Source: Laetmonice hystrix (taxonomy: Eukaryota). Taken from it: a stretch of DNA of 64,000 nucleotides. The notes beneath the pieces are model-generated. The model was not told where the DNA came from, searched no databases, and saw only the letters and a list, made by a program, of their open reading frames with translations. Below are positions 51,701 to 64,000 of the stretch, in pieces. The position numbers and the translations under genes were made by a program. The DNA lies in assembly GCA_965235115.1 (NCBI GenBank), contig OZ249436.1, positions 54,252,001 through 54,316,000 of the forward strand. The letters are read 5' to 3'. Within the stretch, counting starts at the first letter, position 1, and the number at the start of each line of letters is the position of its first letter.

Positions 51701-54458
51701 GTTTCATCTGTTTGCAGCATGAATTATAAATATAACAAGCAGAAAAGTGGTCAAAAATGAGTGACAAAGGCAACTGCATTTTGTATAGATATAGATCAAC
51801 ACCTACGGGAATCTAATATGGGCTCAACATCGCGCAGAATATCTTTACAAGTGGCTGGACTTACATCAGACTTTCACTGAGCTACGAGGGCCATGCCCCA
51901 CACACAGGGTCGTGTGAAGGAATTTAATCCAGCAATCTGATCCCAGCGACAGACATACAAACCCAGGAGACCTGCAAACAGAACACACGTGTACTCTTCA
52001 CAATGGCTCTTCGACCAATCAACTATCATGACGCTTGCCGCGCCTGACGACCATGACGTAGGCCTACGTCATACTGTCGGCATGACGTTTACAAGACACA
52101 CTATAATACACTTACCCGTCATAGTACAGGGTAATTATGGTACACGATACTGCAGCAAAGGAAATCTGCCGATGCTCCGATACTACTGCAATGAGGGGAA
52201 ACTATAATATTATACACATTACTGCAGTATTGAGCGAGGACACCTGTACAAGCTACACCATGCTGCAGCAAGAACAATTGTACAAGCTATACCATAATAG
52301 GCCTACTATGTCATGCATATATTTAGGCCCCTTAAGCTACATCATACTGCAGCAAGGACAACTAACTGTACAAGTTAAATCATACTGCAGCACGGACAAC
52401 TGTGCTAGTAGACTTGTGCTAGTCAATAAAATACTGCAGTCATAAGTACAGATTGTAAGCCTCAGCCGTATCGTTACATGCCTCATTCACAGTTTGCATT
52501 TACGTCAATCTGCGAGTCTGAAAAACTTGCGATAATGAATTCATGTATTCAGAAAAGTCTGAAAAAGTACAGGAATTAATCTTTAACCCATTAACAGACG
52601 TTCATCTGTAACCCATGGACAGAACTTCAATTGAACATCAGCTTCAATATGTGCTTCAAGTATTGACTAAATACTTTTAATAATTCTAGTTCTTTTTCCA
52701 TTTAAAATAGTAAATAGTTAAGACATTATGGTGGTTTTTCCAAAGATTATTTTATACCAATACCTTTTTTTTTGCAGCTACATTATAACTACGTGTACAA
52801 CTTTGTGAACGCCAATGACCTCCTGAAATAAGGCTTACACCTGATATTGAAACTCTGACCGGACCTCACATTGCCCCAACCACATCAGCCTCCACCAAGT
52901 CGAGTATCCTTGGTCCATACCAGTTCCCCATATCTGTCCCCTGGTATTTCCCCATCACTATGTTACCCCACCGACGACCACACTGATCCTATGGACGGCG
53001 CCTCATCGCAACAGTCCGGGGTCGGGCCCCTCTCACTCACACCCAGAGACTTTCTGCGAACTTTGTCAATACTATACATTCCTTCTTACCTCTAGTAATG
53101 CCTCCAAAATCTCCGCCCCCTCGCGAAAAAAGTGGGTTCCAGATCAAAGGTAATTTCAACTTCTGTTTCTTTTGAATTGATTAATTCCTTTCTTTTCTGT
53201 TAAAGGCCCATATTCTTAAATATCACACTACTATAGGGTAAAGGGCCGAAAAACGTTTTAATAAGAACAAAAACAGCATCTAATGTGATATGTGATTGGA
53301 AAGGTTGAACTTGATCTTTTAAGGTCCACTGTATTCTGTATTAGTCAGGGCCTACCCGGATTACACCGTGTGTGTGGTCGCCATCTACAAGATGTCTTGA
53401 CTGGTTCTTGATTTCTAACTGACAAGGTAAGAATGTAGTCTTGGAACATGTGCACTGGGTTCACCTTATGGAGCGTTTCGGTCTGTACGGGAGTTAATGC
53501 TTTGACGAGATTTGGCACAATTATTTACAGGGCCTTGAAAGCAGAATGAAACGGCAGCAGCCTACTCTTAATGCCATCCCCACTAACATCTCTAACTTTG
53601 TGGGGAAAAGTTTGTAAATATGCTGGAAAAACGGGGAAGTTTGTGCTTGGAGACCACACAGGTCATGTTTTAGGAGCAATCGAAGCAGTCTAAACGCACC
53701 CATAAAGTAACTACAAACACACTGATATTCTTGGACATGATGACGTTGGACGTTGAGTGTATGGTACATTCACTTCATCAGTGGTGGATCCCCACATCCC
53801 GATCAAACTAATTATCACAGGAAAACCTTCAGCTCTGGTGCAACTCTGAGAACCAATACCTGTGCAATACCTGTGCAATTTTCTTTCTCCAAGAAAAAAA
53901 GGCAGGCGCCAATTTTGAGTAGACCGGTTAACATGCGCTCTCCGCATTGCTCAACCGACCAACTAAAGTGCCCTGCACAGAAACGGTAACAAACCCAACT
54001 AACAAACCTGCTACCTTCTTGTCACCATGATTATCGTTATAATTCAAGGCAGTGGGAAACGTACACAATGCTCAACACTACCCACATACAGATTGTCACT
54101 TATGGCTCAAACAAACGATATGATCAAATGTAAGCAGATGGGGTGACTTCAAATATTTCCCTTCACTTACACTGCAGCTATCCACCATTTTCACTTTCCC
54201 ATTTATTCTCAAGTGGAGTCTTTCACAGACGCACAATAATAACTTCATCATGAACAGTTGAAGGATACAATCAACGATTTCAAAATATCACTCCTCAACG
54301 TTTCTTCTCCCGGCTGAAATGCAATTTCCTCAGAAAACTGTAACAATAGCACTGATCCTGATTCCATGTCCGTACACCGTCCCGCCAGTAAGGCGTCAAC
54401 GACCAATATATTATGTACCTCCAGTTTATTGTTTCCAGGATTAATATGGCTCCCGTTT

Positions 54459-57400
54459 TTAGAAGCTGACCTTGATGTAATCATAGGCCTGAAACGCGGA
54501 GAGAAGGATGTAGAGAATCCAGAGTATGACCAAGACGACCGCCGTGCCGATCTTGAGGCCGCGCGGCCCACCCAGCTCTCCTTTGCCAAACACGGCGAAC
54601 GATCTGCGCACCATGAGAAGAGCGATGCAGATGCACGCGCAGATAGCGTAAATAATGACGCTGAAGACGAGGGCTCCGGCCTTTACCTCAAACGACTGGC
54701 CCTGCAACACAACCACAAAAACATCTCGTCACTGTTAAACAGGGCAGGGCTGAGGAGAACATTTATATAACAGATCGTCACCTGCTTTCCACTAAACACT
54801 TGGAGTGAGCCAAACCTGAAGCTCATCCTAAATCATAGTTTTAGCTATTGGCAAAGGCAAAGGCCTACCCCCCCCCCCTTCACGAATTTGGATACCGCTG
54901 GGTTCGTATTTCTTCTCTGTATTATATAACATAAGCACAAGCTTGTCCGATGCAGCACCCCATTGTCCCTCACCCGCCCCTGTGACCTGTAGGGGCCTAC
55001 CCCTTACCTTGGCGGTCCAGAAGATGGAGGCCAGGACCCACGGCAGTCCGAGACCAAGGAACACGTTCACTGAGTTACTGCCCGTCACATTACCAATCGA
55101 GTTGTCGGCCGTTCGCTCCTGGCAGGCCGCCTGTTTAGAGGCGAACAGATCCGGGAGGGACGTCCCGAGAGCCACGAACGTGATGGCTGTCACACTGTCC
55201 TTGAGACCCACCAGACAGCCGAAGATGGACGCCAGATCGCCGACGATAGCTGTCAGCAGCCCGATTACTCCCAGCGCACAGAAGAACGCTAGCCATCCGC
55301 CCCAGATGTGCGGCGGTGGGACGCAGGCGAAGAAGATCTACCAAAGAAAAACAAAAGTAAAATGATTATCACAATGAAAAGAGAAGGTAAACTTGGCCTA
55401 TACAAAAATGTAGGCCTACATTTTATGCATGCAATTATCAAACTCTCAGAAAGGACCGTCTGCCATGTTTAAGGGGTTTATCGACCTTCCTAAGTGCTGC
55501 TCTTATAGCAAGGGGCATTCTGCTCCATGCGAAAAAAAGAACAAAGGCGTGAGGGAGGCGCTAATATGAAGAGTTACCAATGCGAACTTTCACTCTGCAA
55601 AAAAATCTGTTTGGAAAGAGGTTATCATTGTTACCATCACTCCGGACTGGTATTTGTACTTAACATTTTTCTCTCAATTCCAAAGGGAACCTGCGGGTAA
55701 AAAGGGTTACTTTTCCAGATTTACTAGGATTATACCCCCCTCCCGCTAGCCATTGCTCCGCCTAGAGATTGAGCCAACTGAAAATTTAAGCTGACAATGT
55801 GAAGGGAAGAGTAGGAGCAGTAGGAGCTGACCTTCCAGAAGAAGGTCAAGAAGTGCATGAGGTAGTCGACATTGGAGGCGTTCTCCAAGTCGCCACCATT
55901 TACGTTCATTGCGTTCCTGAACTGGTCTCCCCATGTGTTGTGGTCGACACGCAGCGCGTCCATGTTCATGTTGGTAAGGTCGACAAGCCGGCTCACCATC
56001 CCGTTAAAATCTGCAAGTAACAACCACAGGAAAAACTTGGAGAAGATGTTTTCTCTAAGTCAGGGGATTTTTACTTCCTGACCAGTCAGGGCAGTCAGGT
56101 AATTCTCAGCTTTCTTAATATGCAATGTTTCAATTTCCATGTGATCTTTCTGAATTTGCCAAGCAACCTCCTAACAATTTGTACAATGCCATATACCGAG
56201 AGACTACTGCTGTACACATCCTAACCATCTGTATTACGGTAACTGAAATGGTTGCTGTCCTGTTGATGGATGCCGGGGACAAAGTAACGTACCGTCATCG
56301 TTGACGATGGTCACGATCGTTTTCTTGATGCGGCCCAACTTGGCTCCCTCGCTCACCTCCAACAGTTCGATCTTGAAACATTCGTCCTTCTCAGCCTCCT
56401 ACACATACACAACAACAGTTTAGTAAGGGTTTTATTAACAACCTCTGGGCCTCGCCACCTAAAGACCATGAAAGCTAAAACAGTAATATTTCTTAAAGTG
56501 AAAGTCCCAAGTTTACGCCGCTTATAATCCTATAATAATATAAATGAGCAGGTGGTTGCCACACCTGGTCGTCGTAGATGGCGATTTCGATCATTTTGGT
56601 GGTCTCTCCGTGTTCGAAGATAAGTGTTCCCTCTCCGCCCTCGTAGTCGTGTCCCGAGTGGGCAGACATGTCATCCGTCTTCCACTTCAGCTCCACCCTA
56701 CCGTCGGCGCCGTTGTTACGCTCCACAGGGATGTGTGCCTTGCCTACACTCTCCTTGAACAACAGGCTCGGCTTGGAGAACTCAAACGTGCCCGGCTCTG
56801 GTGGTGCAAGTAACAGGTCAGCATGCATGGTCAACTTCATACAACTAGATATGGCCGCTAATACAGGTAAAGGGTATTACCAGGTACAGGGTTATTACCA
56901 GGTTAAGGGTATTACCAGGTAAAGGGTATTACCAGGTAAAGGGGTATTACCAGGTAAAGGGTATTACCAGGTAAAGGGGTATTACCAGGTACAAGGGTAT
57001 TACCAGGTAAAGGGGTATTGCCAGGTAAAGGGTATTACCAGGTAAAGGGGTATTACCAGGTAAAGGGGTATTACCAGGTAAAGGGTATTACCAGGTACAG
57101 GGGTATTACCAGGTAAAGGGGCTTTACAAGGTAAAGGGGTATTACCAGGTAAAGGGGTATTACAAGGTAAAGGGTATTACCAGGTTAAGGGGTATTACCA
57201 GGTACAGGGGTATTACCAGGTAAAGGGGTATTACCATGTAAAGGGTATTACCAGGTAAAGGGTATTACCAGGTTAGGGGGTATTACCAGGTAAAGGGGTA
57301 TTGCCAGGTAAAGGGGCTTTACCAGGTAACCATGTACCATGATTAACTGGTTTCCCCTACTGTAAACGTTTTCATAATAATATTAAAAAGAACCCAAACG

Positions 57401-60400
57401 AAAGAATTGATTATAATGCGCTGATCGAATTTACCGTCATCATTGACGATGGTGACCTCGTGGATGGACTTCTTGCCGATGATGGACGTCTTGTAACAGT
57501 CGTCGTTGGGGTCGATGGCGATCTTGACGAAGAACACCTCGTCTGGTTCCCATTCGTTATCATCGATGATCTGGATGTCGATGTGTTTGAAGGTGTCGTC
57601 CTTCTCAAACACCATCGTCTCTTTCACCGGTACGTAGTCGGTGTGAGCCTCGGCCGTCCCGTCTATCGTTTCAACCCTGCAACCAAAGCGAACTTCAATA
57701 TCCTAACATTCTCACACCAACCATTGCTTCACGCTACACAGTTCTGCTACATTTTCGTATCCCACTTGGCCACCAATGTTTCTGTTTTCCACATAGAAAT
57801 TTCTGAATTGACCATGCTGAACCCCCCGCCCCCCTCCCCCGCCCCGCCCAGCACAATCTTCCCCTAAACCCCCTTACCAAAAACCTGGATCCGCCCGTTC
57901 TACTCTTCTCTATTAGGCTATCTGTATAATGTGTGAAGTCCCCCTTGGCCTTGTTTTATTGGTATTCTGTTCAAAGTAATTATGAATAAAAGAAGGGCCT
58001 TGTGGTTTGGGACGAGATAATGTTTGTTTAAGTGTGGCTTGACTTACTTGAAGATGACGCGGTTGTTGGTCTTGCCATAGCGCCGGATTCCGATACGGAC
58101 CCGGCCCTCCTGCTCGAGGATGGCGCTCTGAGTGGCGGCAAATTCTACCACCGCCTTCGTACCACCCATACTCATGTCAATCGTCGACCCCATGTGTGTC
58201 TCACCTTCAAGGTCATCATGGCCTTCCTTCAGGTCCTCGTACACCTGCGGGTCAAAGGTCACACACCATGAGTTAACACTGGGACAGATCGACAACGGAT
58301 CAAGGCGGGAGACATGGGGTAACAACAACAAGTGGGCAATGGAGCTTTTCTTTATAATAGGGCATGGGAAATACATATAGGGTTGTACTTTAAGATATAG
58401 GCCTATATGGGTACATGTGTATAGGTGTATCCACACGCATGAAGGTCGAAAGGTTGTTTGTGTGAAGTCCCCCTTGGTCTTGTTATATTGGTATTCTGAC
58501 CAAAGTAATTATGAATAACAGAAGGGCCCTGTGGTTTGGGACGAACTAATGTTCTTTCAGTTTAACAAGCGTGGCTTGCTGGAAGTTTGAATACGGTATT
58601 TAGATACATTGAAGTAGGACAAATTTCGGTATAGTGATGGCGGCCGTATTCCTTAGAATTTATGAAACTGAGAGCGTGAGAGGATACTTCTGACCTTGAC
58701 ATTAGTCATTAGTCTGTCACCCAGGTTTGATGTCAATTTATGAATACTGGACTGTCCAAGTATAACATGTGCCACACCTTCACAGTTTGGGAAATTGTAA
58801 AATGGTACATCTTTTTAAAATGGTTGTTATTAGGAATCTTCCTGACAAAACGTCCCGACAAAATATTGATTTAGAAAATTCAGACTTGAAAGTTTCAACG
58901 TGATCTTTCTCACCAAGATATCGATGGTTTCTAAATACGTTGTCAAGGTCAAAGGTCAAGTAGGAATAGACATAAATCATTAAATCTTCAAGGTCACTAA
59001 TGATCAAAAGTAAGTGTAAGTGACACTGCCGGTATAGGACTTTCTACTCATGTTCTATTATAGCTATAGGTTCATTGTGCGTGATTTTGGCGATGCAGTG
59101 TACTGAAACTATGTGTACCTGATCTGACCTTTCCAGGTCACAAAATTCAAAGGCGGTGATACTGAATGAACTATCTGTATTACTTCTTACTCAACTCTAG
59201 TGGTAGCTATGGCCATAATCTTGCACCATTTTTCAAAAACCGCACTGAAAATATGTGACCTTCGTATGACCTTTTAATTGTGACCTAGCTAAGATTGCAG
59301 GGGAAGGGGCCAAAAGATTCCTCAACTGCAACGTCCTATGCACTGTTAATAGTAACTATAAGGCTGTCTTTCAGTGCTTTCTGGTTGTAGGCCATTAAAG
59401 CCCTGTTATCAGATGATTGTAATAAAATAAGACTGCCATTCCATATTGGATCCTAATAAAAATGACATGACGCACATGTGTTGTCCTGCCAAAACTGACA
59501 GAATACAGTATGGTGTGCCTTGTAATGCATGGTCAAATATGTTACATCCAATATGGCCACCTGACGGCCATATTGCAATATATGAAAGTGAATACGTGAC
59601 AGAACTTTACTGACCTTATCATTAGCCTGTGACCCAATTTTTGTGCAAAGGTACGAAATACTTTCAAAGTTAGGTCCATGGAACATGTGATAAAAAATTC
59701 CTCATTTGCATCTTCCTATGCATGTTTAATAGTACATACTATATTTATCTTGCACAGTTTTCGAGTAATTGGGCATCATAGCCTTTTTACAGGGTAATCA
59801 GAATAAACATGGTTGCCATTCCTCCATAATAGCCTAAATATTCATTCAAAACAAAATGGCGAGCATGAAGCCCAACATGGGAAGTGCCAAATTTGAAAAC
59901 AAATGATCTGGTATAATAACAGTAAGGAGATGAACGACAAAGTATTTTACACCCAAATATGGCTGACTGCCGTCCATATTAAATTTTATGAAAATGAAAC
60001 CCTGTTTACCCTGGTTTGCCAAATTTGACGCCAGTCCAAAAAATAATTATATACAAATTCATGTAGGCCTAATAGTCGGTTACTTTACCTTCTACTTTAA
60101 GTTCTGGCATGCAGAAAATCGCATATTTTTTTCTTCAAAAATGGGCCAACAGGGGGAGTCCAACAAAATCAATTAAGGAACGTGCTCTAAAGAAAAATTG
60201 GTACCACGAGGGACTGACACCCCCACCCCCTCCAGATCCTCTCCTGCCCCCCCCCCCCCCCTCCGAGCCAGCCCCGACTCTGTGCCCCATCCTGGGACGG
60301 TGGTGGGCTTACCTCGTGCATGTGCTCGTTGAGTGAAGGAATGAGTTTTCTGCCGCCAGTGATGGCCCTGCTGGCGTTGATACGGTACCACAGCCGGTTG

Positions 60401-60483
60401 TGCTGCTGTTCTTCGGCTACTTTAGCCGCCGCCAGGTGAGCTATCTCGTCCTCCGTCAGCTCTGGGTGAACCTTCCTCAACTC
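54459..60483 (-). CDS. SLC8A: Sodium/calcium exchanger (SLC8A/NCX family), 3' part: cytoplasmic loop, two Calx-beta domains, alpha-2 repeat and C-terminal TM helices
   Basis: Phase-consistent exons (minus strand) 60483-60313, 58244-58048, 57676-57435, 56797-56565, 56398-56293, 56010-55832, 55337-55008, 54701-54459 (TAA). Motifs [108 protein letters not shown]-terminal exons lie beyond the window. Confidence 0.96.
56864..57329. repeat. 17-18 bp minisatellite (CAGGTAAAGGGGTATTAC)n, roughly 26 copies, in an NCX intron
   Basis: Directly visible tandem units with G3/G4 length variation. Confidence 0.95.
57931..58578. repeat. Pair of ~110-bp direct repeats flanking NCX exon 58048-58244
   Basis: GTGTGAAGTCCCCCTTGG...GTGGTTTGGGACGA...GTGGCTTG at 57931-58041 and 58460-58578. 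Confidence 0.85.
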
Positions 60484-61909
60484 CTGTAGGCAACACCAAA
60501 AGTACATAGTCAAAACCACTGCACCAAACTCAGTGTATGTACGCGCTCTTTAGTGGAATCCCACCCGGAGAAGGCAAAATGACGAAAAGTCACGATCGTC
60601 CTGGAATACTAGACTGGCAAGAGAAACCGGTGCCATATTGTGCTGCCATCTAATGCTAAGATCCTCAATTAGAGAACAGACCCCCCCCCCGACCAGTGTC
60701 CTTGACATGATCCCAAATGACAGTTGATTGATGTGCAAAGACTTTCTACGGTTTAACGCACATAAGATTCCCCCAACACTTAACGGGTGTATGATCTCAG
60801 GATACACACAACCACCTGTGGAGTGTCAGCCCAACCTTGAAAAAACTTCTTTCCCAAAGAAATGTTGAAGCTTATAAATTCTTCTGAACTTTTAAGTCTA
60901 TATTTCCACAAAACAAAAGGCCTTAACGTTTCAGTTTTTCAAAATTCAAAAACTGAAATTAAAGAATACGTCATGTATTATATTAACTTTAAAGAGAAAG
61001 GAAGTCATTGTCCGTTAATTCCCTCCGAGACAGTAAAACGCCACCACAAATACTGAATCACCGTACACCCTTAAAATTACATTGGTGCTTTCAACATTAA
61101 TGATAAAACTGTGAAGCCATATGGATCGCCCAAGTCAGATGCACAGTGTCAGACCAATAATAATTCTGATAACCATAATGCATCCGATTAACTTCATACA
61201 TGATATCAATTGATATTAAAATTGGTAGGAGCAGAAAATACCTTTTCTGAAATGCGGGGTTATTTAACACGGGGTCAAGCACTTTTTATGTTGGGGTACA
61301 CCAGGGGTTGCCTAGACCTTTATTATAGCATATAGTACACAAGTACATGCTGTACACTATAGGCTTACATAATGTGTATACCCTACCTCTAAACAAAGAA
61401 CACAGCACAGCTAGGATTCATGACAATAACACTGTTCACTAGTTATCGACATATTTAACAATGTTTCTAACTAAGGATCGAGGTGGACGAGACTTATTAA
61501 AGAACGTTACTAATTTAAAGTGAAATGGCAAAGTACTATTTTAGTCGTCACCATAACATATTTTACGATGAATCATCCATTGACAATAAATATCCAGTTA
61601 AGTTTTAAGTGGTCATAAGAATTTCTGAGACCTGCTAGAACGAAGAGTCCCGTCGAAAAGACCCCAAAATATCCACTGTGTCTGAGAATAAATAATCAAT
61701 AAGGTTAATGGGATGGTTAAAGCATGAAAGTGCAGGCATTGATGAAATTTTGAGAGGCACTCGGGCGAGTAGGAATCTATCCGTCGAGTGTCGCCATCTG
61801 ACTTGCCAACCTCTATGAATGTTTCAGTCCGTGGTTGCGACACCACTCAGACAGACGACATCCAGCCCGCTTGCTGCTCCCGCCTTACACGTTCAACGGG
61901 ATCAAATTT

Positions 61910-62056
61910 CAGGGCCGTAACCAGGCTGGGGCAGTGGAGGCAGCCGCCTCCTCTGATCCTGGAAAGTTAAGTAAATTTTCTGGGGGCATGCTCCTGCCCC
62001 TGCCCCCCCCCCCCCGAATTGGCCCCTCGGGATTCTGCGGACTGGCTACGGCCCTG
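61910..62056. mobile_element. MITE with CAGGGCCGTA termini in an NCX intron
   Basis: CAGGGCCGTAACCAG ... CTGGCTACGGCCCTG, flanked on both sides by AATTT. Confidence 0.75.
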
Positions 62057-64000
62057 AATTTCCTAAAAGATTCCAAGGAAAGAACTGCATATTTGCTAAA
62101 ATTTTGCAAGGAAAGAAATGCAACTTTGCTGCAAGATTCTAAGGAAAGAATTACAACTTGAGTAAACGATTGTAAGGAATGTTTATCAATTTCCTCTCAG
62201 AATCTCTGAATGATGGAAATGTCAAATGGTGTTCAAGGGAAAACTTTCCTTCAAGGAGATGGCAAAGATGAAGAGAAAGGCGGAGAATAGATAGAACGAA
62301 GAAAAAAGATTTCATGTTGTATGTTTCTGCCAATACACCAATACATGGGGTTTCTCATGAACGAAACCCAATGCAGTGTATTCAAGACGTAAAACTGTGC
62401 TGGCAATGACGGCACTATGTGCCTCGGGTTGTGGTCATGTAAACACGCTATAATGAGTAGCACGACATAAAGTAACGGATGTATAGTAGGGCCTACACTG
62501 ATTTAATATTTCTGGATACCTAACATTTTTTAATATATTACATTATATTAAATCTTTTGGATATACAAAAACAATTTTTTCTATATATTTCTTGTAAAAA
62601 CACAATGATTACAATTTCTTACAAATTTTTAAGATTGAAAAATAATTTCCTTAATGATCCCATACGTGAAAAATTAAATCAGTGTCTCTTTCTGGGGGGT
62701 TTTCCATACCGTCTTGCACGCTGGAATAGCGAATCATACACTAGTACCACGACGTAACGTCAAAGGATAAATATCGGGGAGGTCAACACTACAGACAAAA
62801 CACAACAGTCCCTCTGTGGGTTGGCGGACTGCCTGCCTGGATGGCACCAATTACGGGTGAAGAACACCCTTGAAAACCAATTAGAAACACTAGTCTAACA
62901 CGTCACATGGCTAGGCCTACTTCAGGGAAATACTGACTCGGGAGGGGTTGAAGGCGTGAAAGAAAAGTTGACGATGACTGGAGGAATATCACAACTCGCT
63001 GAGGACATAATGAACTAGCGTCAACTCTTACTGGCTGCCACAACATGTGCAATGCTACAAAGCTGGAGGAGAGAAATATAGGAGAAAAAGGCATGCGAAA
63101 GTTGACAGACCTCTCTCGTGTGTGCACTTACCACGCAATCCTGAATGTTCCAGGAGCAGATGAAGAGAAGGCAAGTTACCATAGCAGCTAACACACTTGA
63201 CGCTGTACCATATAACTTGGAAGCAAAACTCAATGTGTTTGGCCAAACACTAACCAAAAGTTGTAGCAGAAAGCTTCTCAAAGAGAACGCTCTAATAAAT
63301 ATAGTAATGTATAACAAAATATTGCTCATTATTTAAATGGACGATCCCTCTTTATTCCTAATATTATCTCGATTTTCATTGGTACTCTAACTAGCGAGCA
63401 ACGAACATAACTCTTCGCGGCAAAAAATAAAAAAATAATATTAAAAAATCAAGCCAAAAACATAACAACCCACGCACGCTGCTGTGATTTCCATCGCCGC
63501 TGTGTCTTTTTCACAACGGTACTGAGAACCAGGAACGTTATAAACAATAACCAGGTTCCCGGCGGCGCCTCGTCATGCTTGCAGCATACAATGATTTCTT
63601 TCCGTGCAGCGGGCAGCGGGTCGCCGTCAGGCGGTGCCCCCCCCCCCCCCCACGATCGCGGATGATTAAAGTTCCCAATTACCACCCAAATGCATTACAT
63701 TGCATATACTGCTGCCAACTGACCGCAGGCGCCTTGGCCGACGGGGCAGAACTTGAGGGCCCCCACTCAAACGACCAAAACATTGCACTCCTTGTGCTGC
63801 CCTTCTGCCTGGTCAGTAATAGATATTAAACGTAACAAAGATCTTGACCCGAGGAATTCTGTAATACTGCTACTTTTACACCGTTAGCGCAGTTTTTTGC
63901 CGTTTAGGCTACCTGTCGGAAGTGTCGGGCCTCATTATTTGCCGTTTCCAACGTTAAAATGGCAGATAACTGGAAACCTTCTGAATAAAACCTGAGAAAT

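Noticed and set aside
54366..58380. Plus-strand ORFs overlapping NCX exons
   Set aside because: Antisense shadows of GC-rich NCX codons.
58640..59990. Coding or autonomous transposon in the large NCX intron
   Set aside because: Rich in TGACCT-type motifs suggesting a decayed repeat, but no ORF, termini or TSD could be defined.

Overview
Eukaryotic (metazoan, probably invertebrate) genomic DNA with four spliced protein-coding genes whose exons I reconstructed by hand. They are the 3' part of a SUN-domain LINC-complex gene (+, <1-3582, one GC-AG intron), a complete DMC1 (-, 5049-10067, 343 aa, one U12-type intron), a complete SNU13/NHP2L1 (+, 10607-12711, 128 aa, head-to-head with DMC1), and the 3' part of an SLC8A/NCX Na+/Ca2+ exchanger (-, 54459->60483). 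Between SNU13 and NCX lies a ~35 kb nested tandem array (14365-~49712): twelve ~860-bp units followed by a ~4.4-kb macro-repeat. Five macro-units each carry a candidate ~370-nt highly structured RNA gene. It has a TATA box, complementary 5'/3' ends, a long nested rod with G.U pairs favouring the + strand, a GNRA hairpin and an oligo-T terminator, and it matches no RNA family I recognise. This is the main candidate for an undescribed system. Several MITEs, a tRNA-derived SINE with a nested MITE, a Transib-like element and a LINE-tail insertion with its empty site are also visible. All structures were read by eye; no folding or database search was run.
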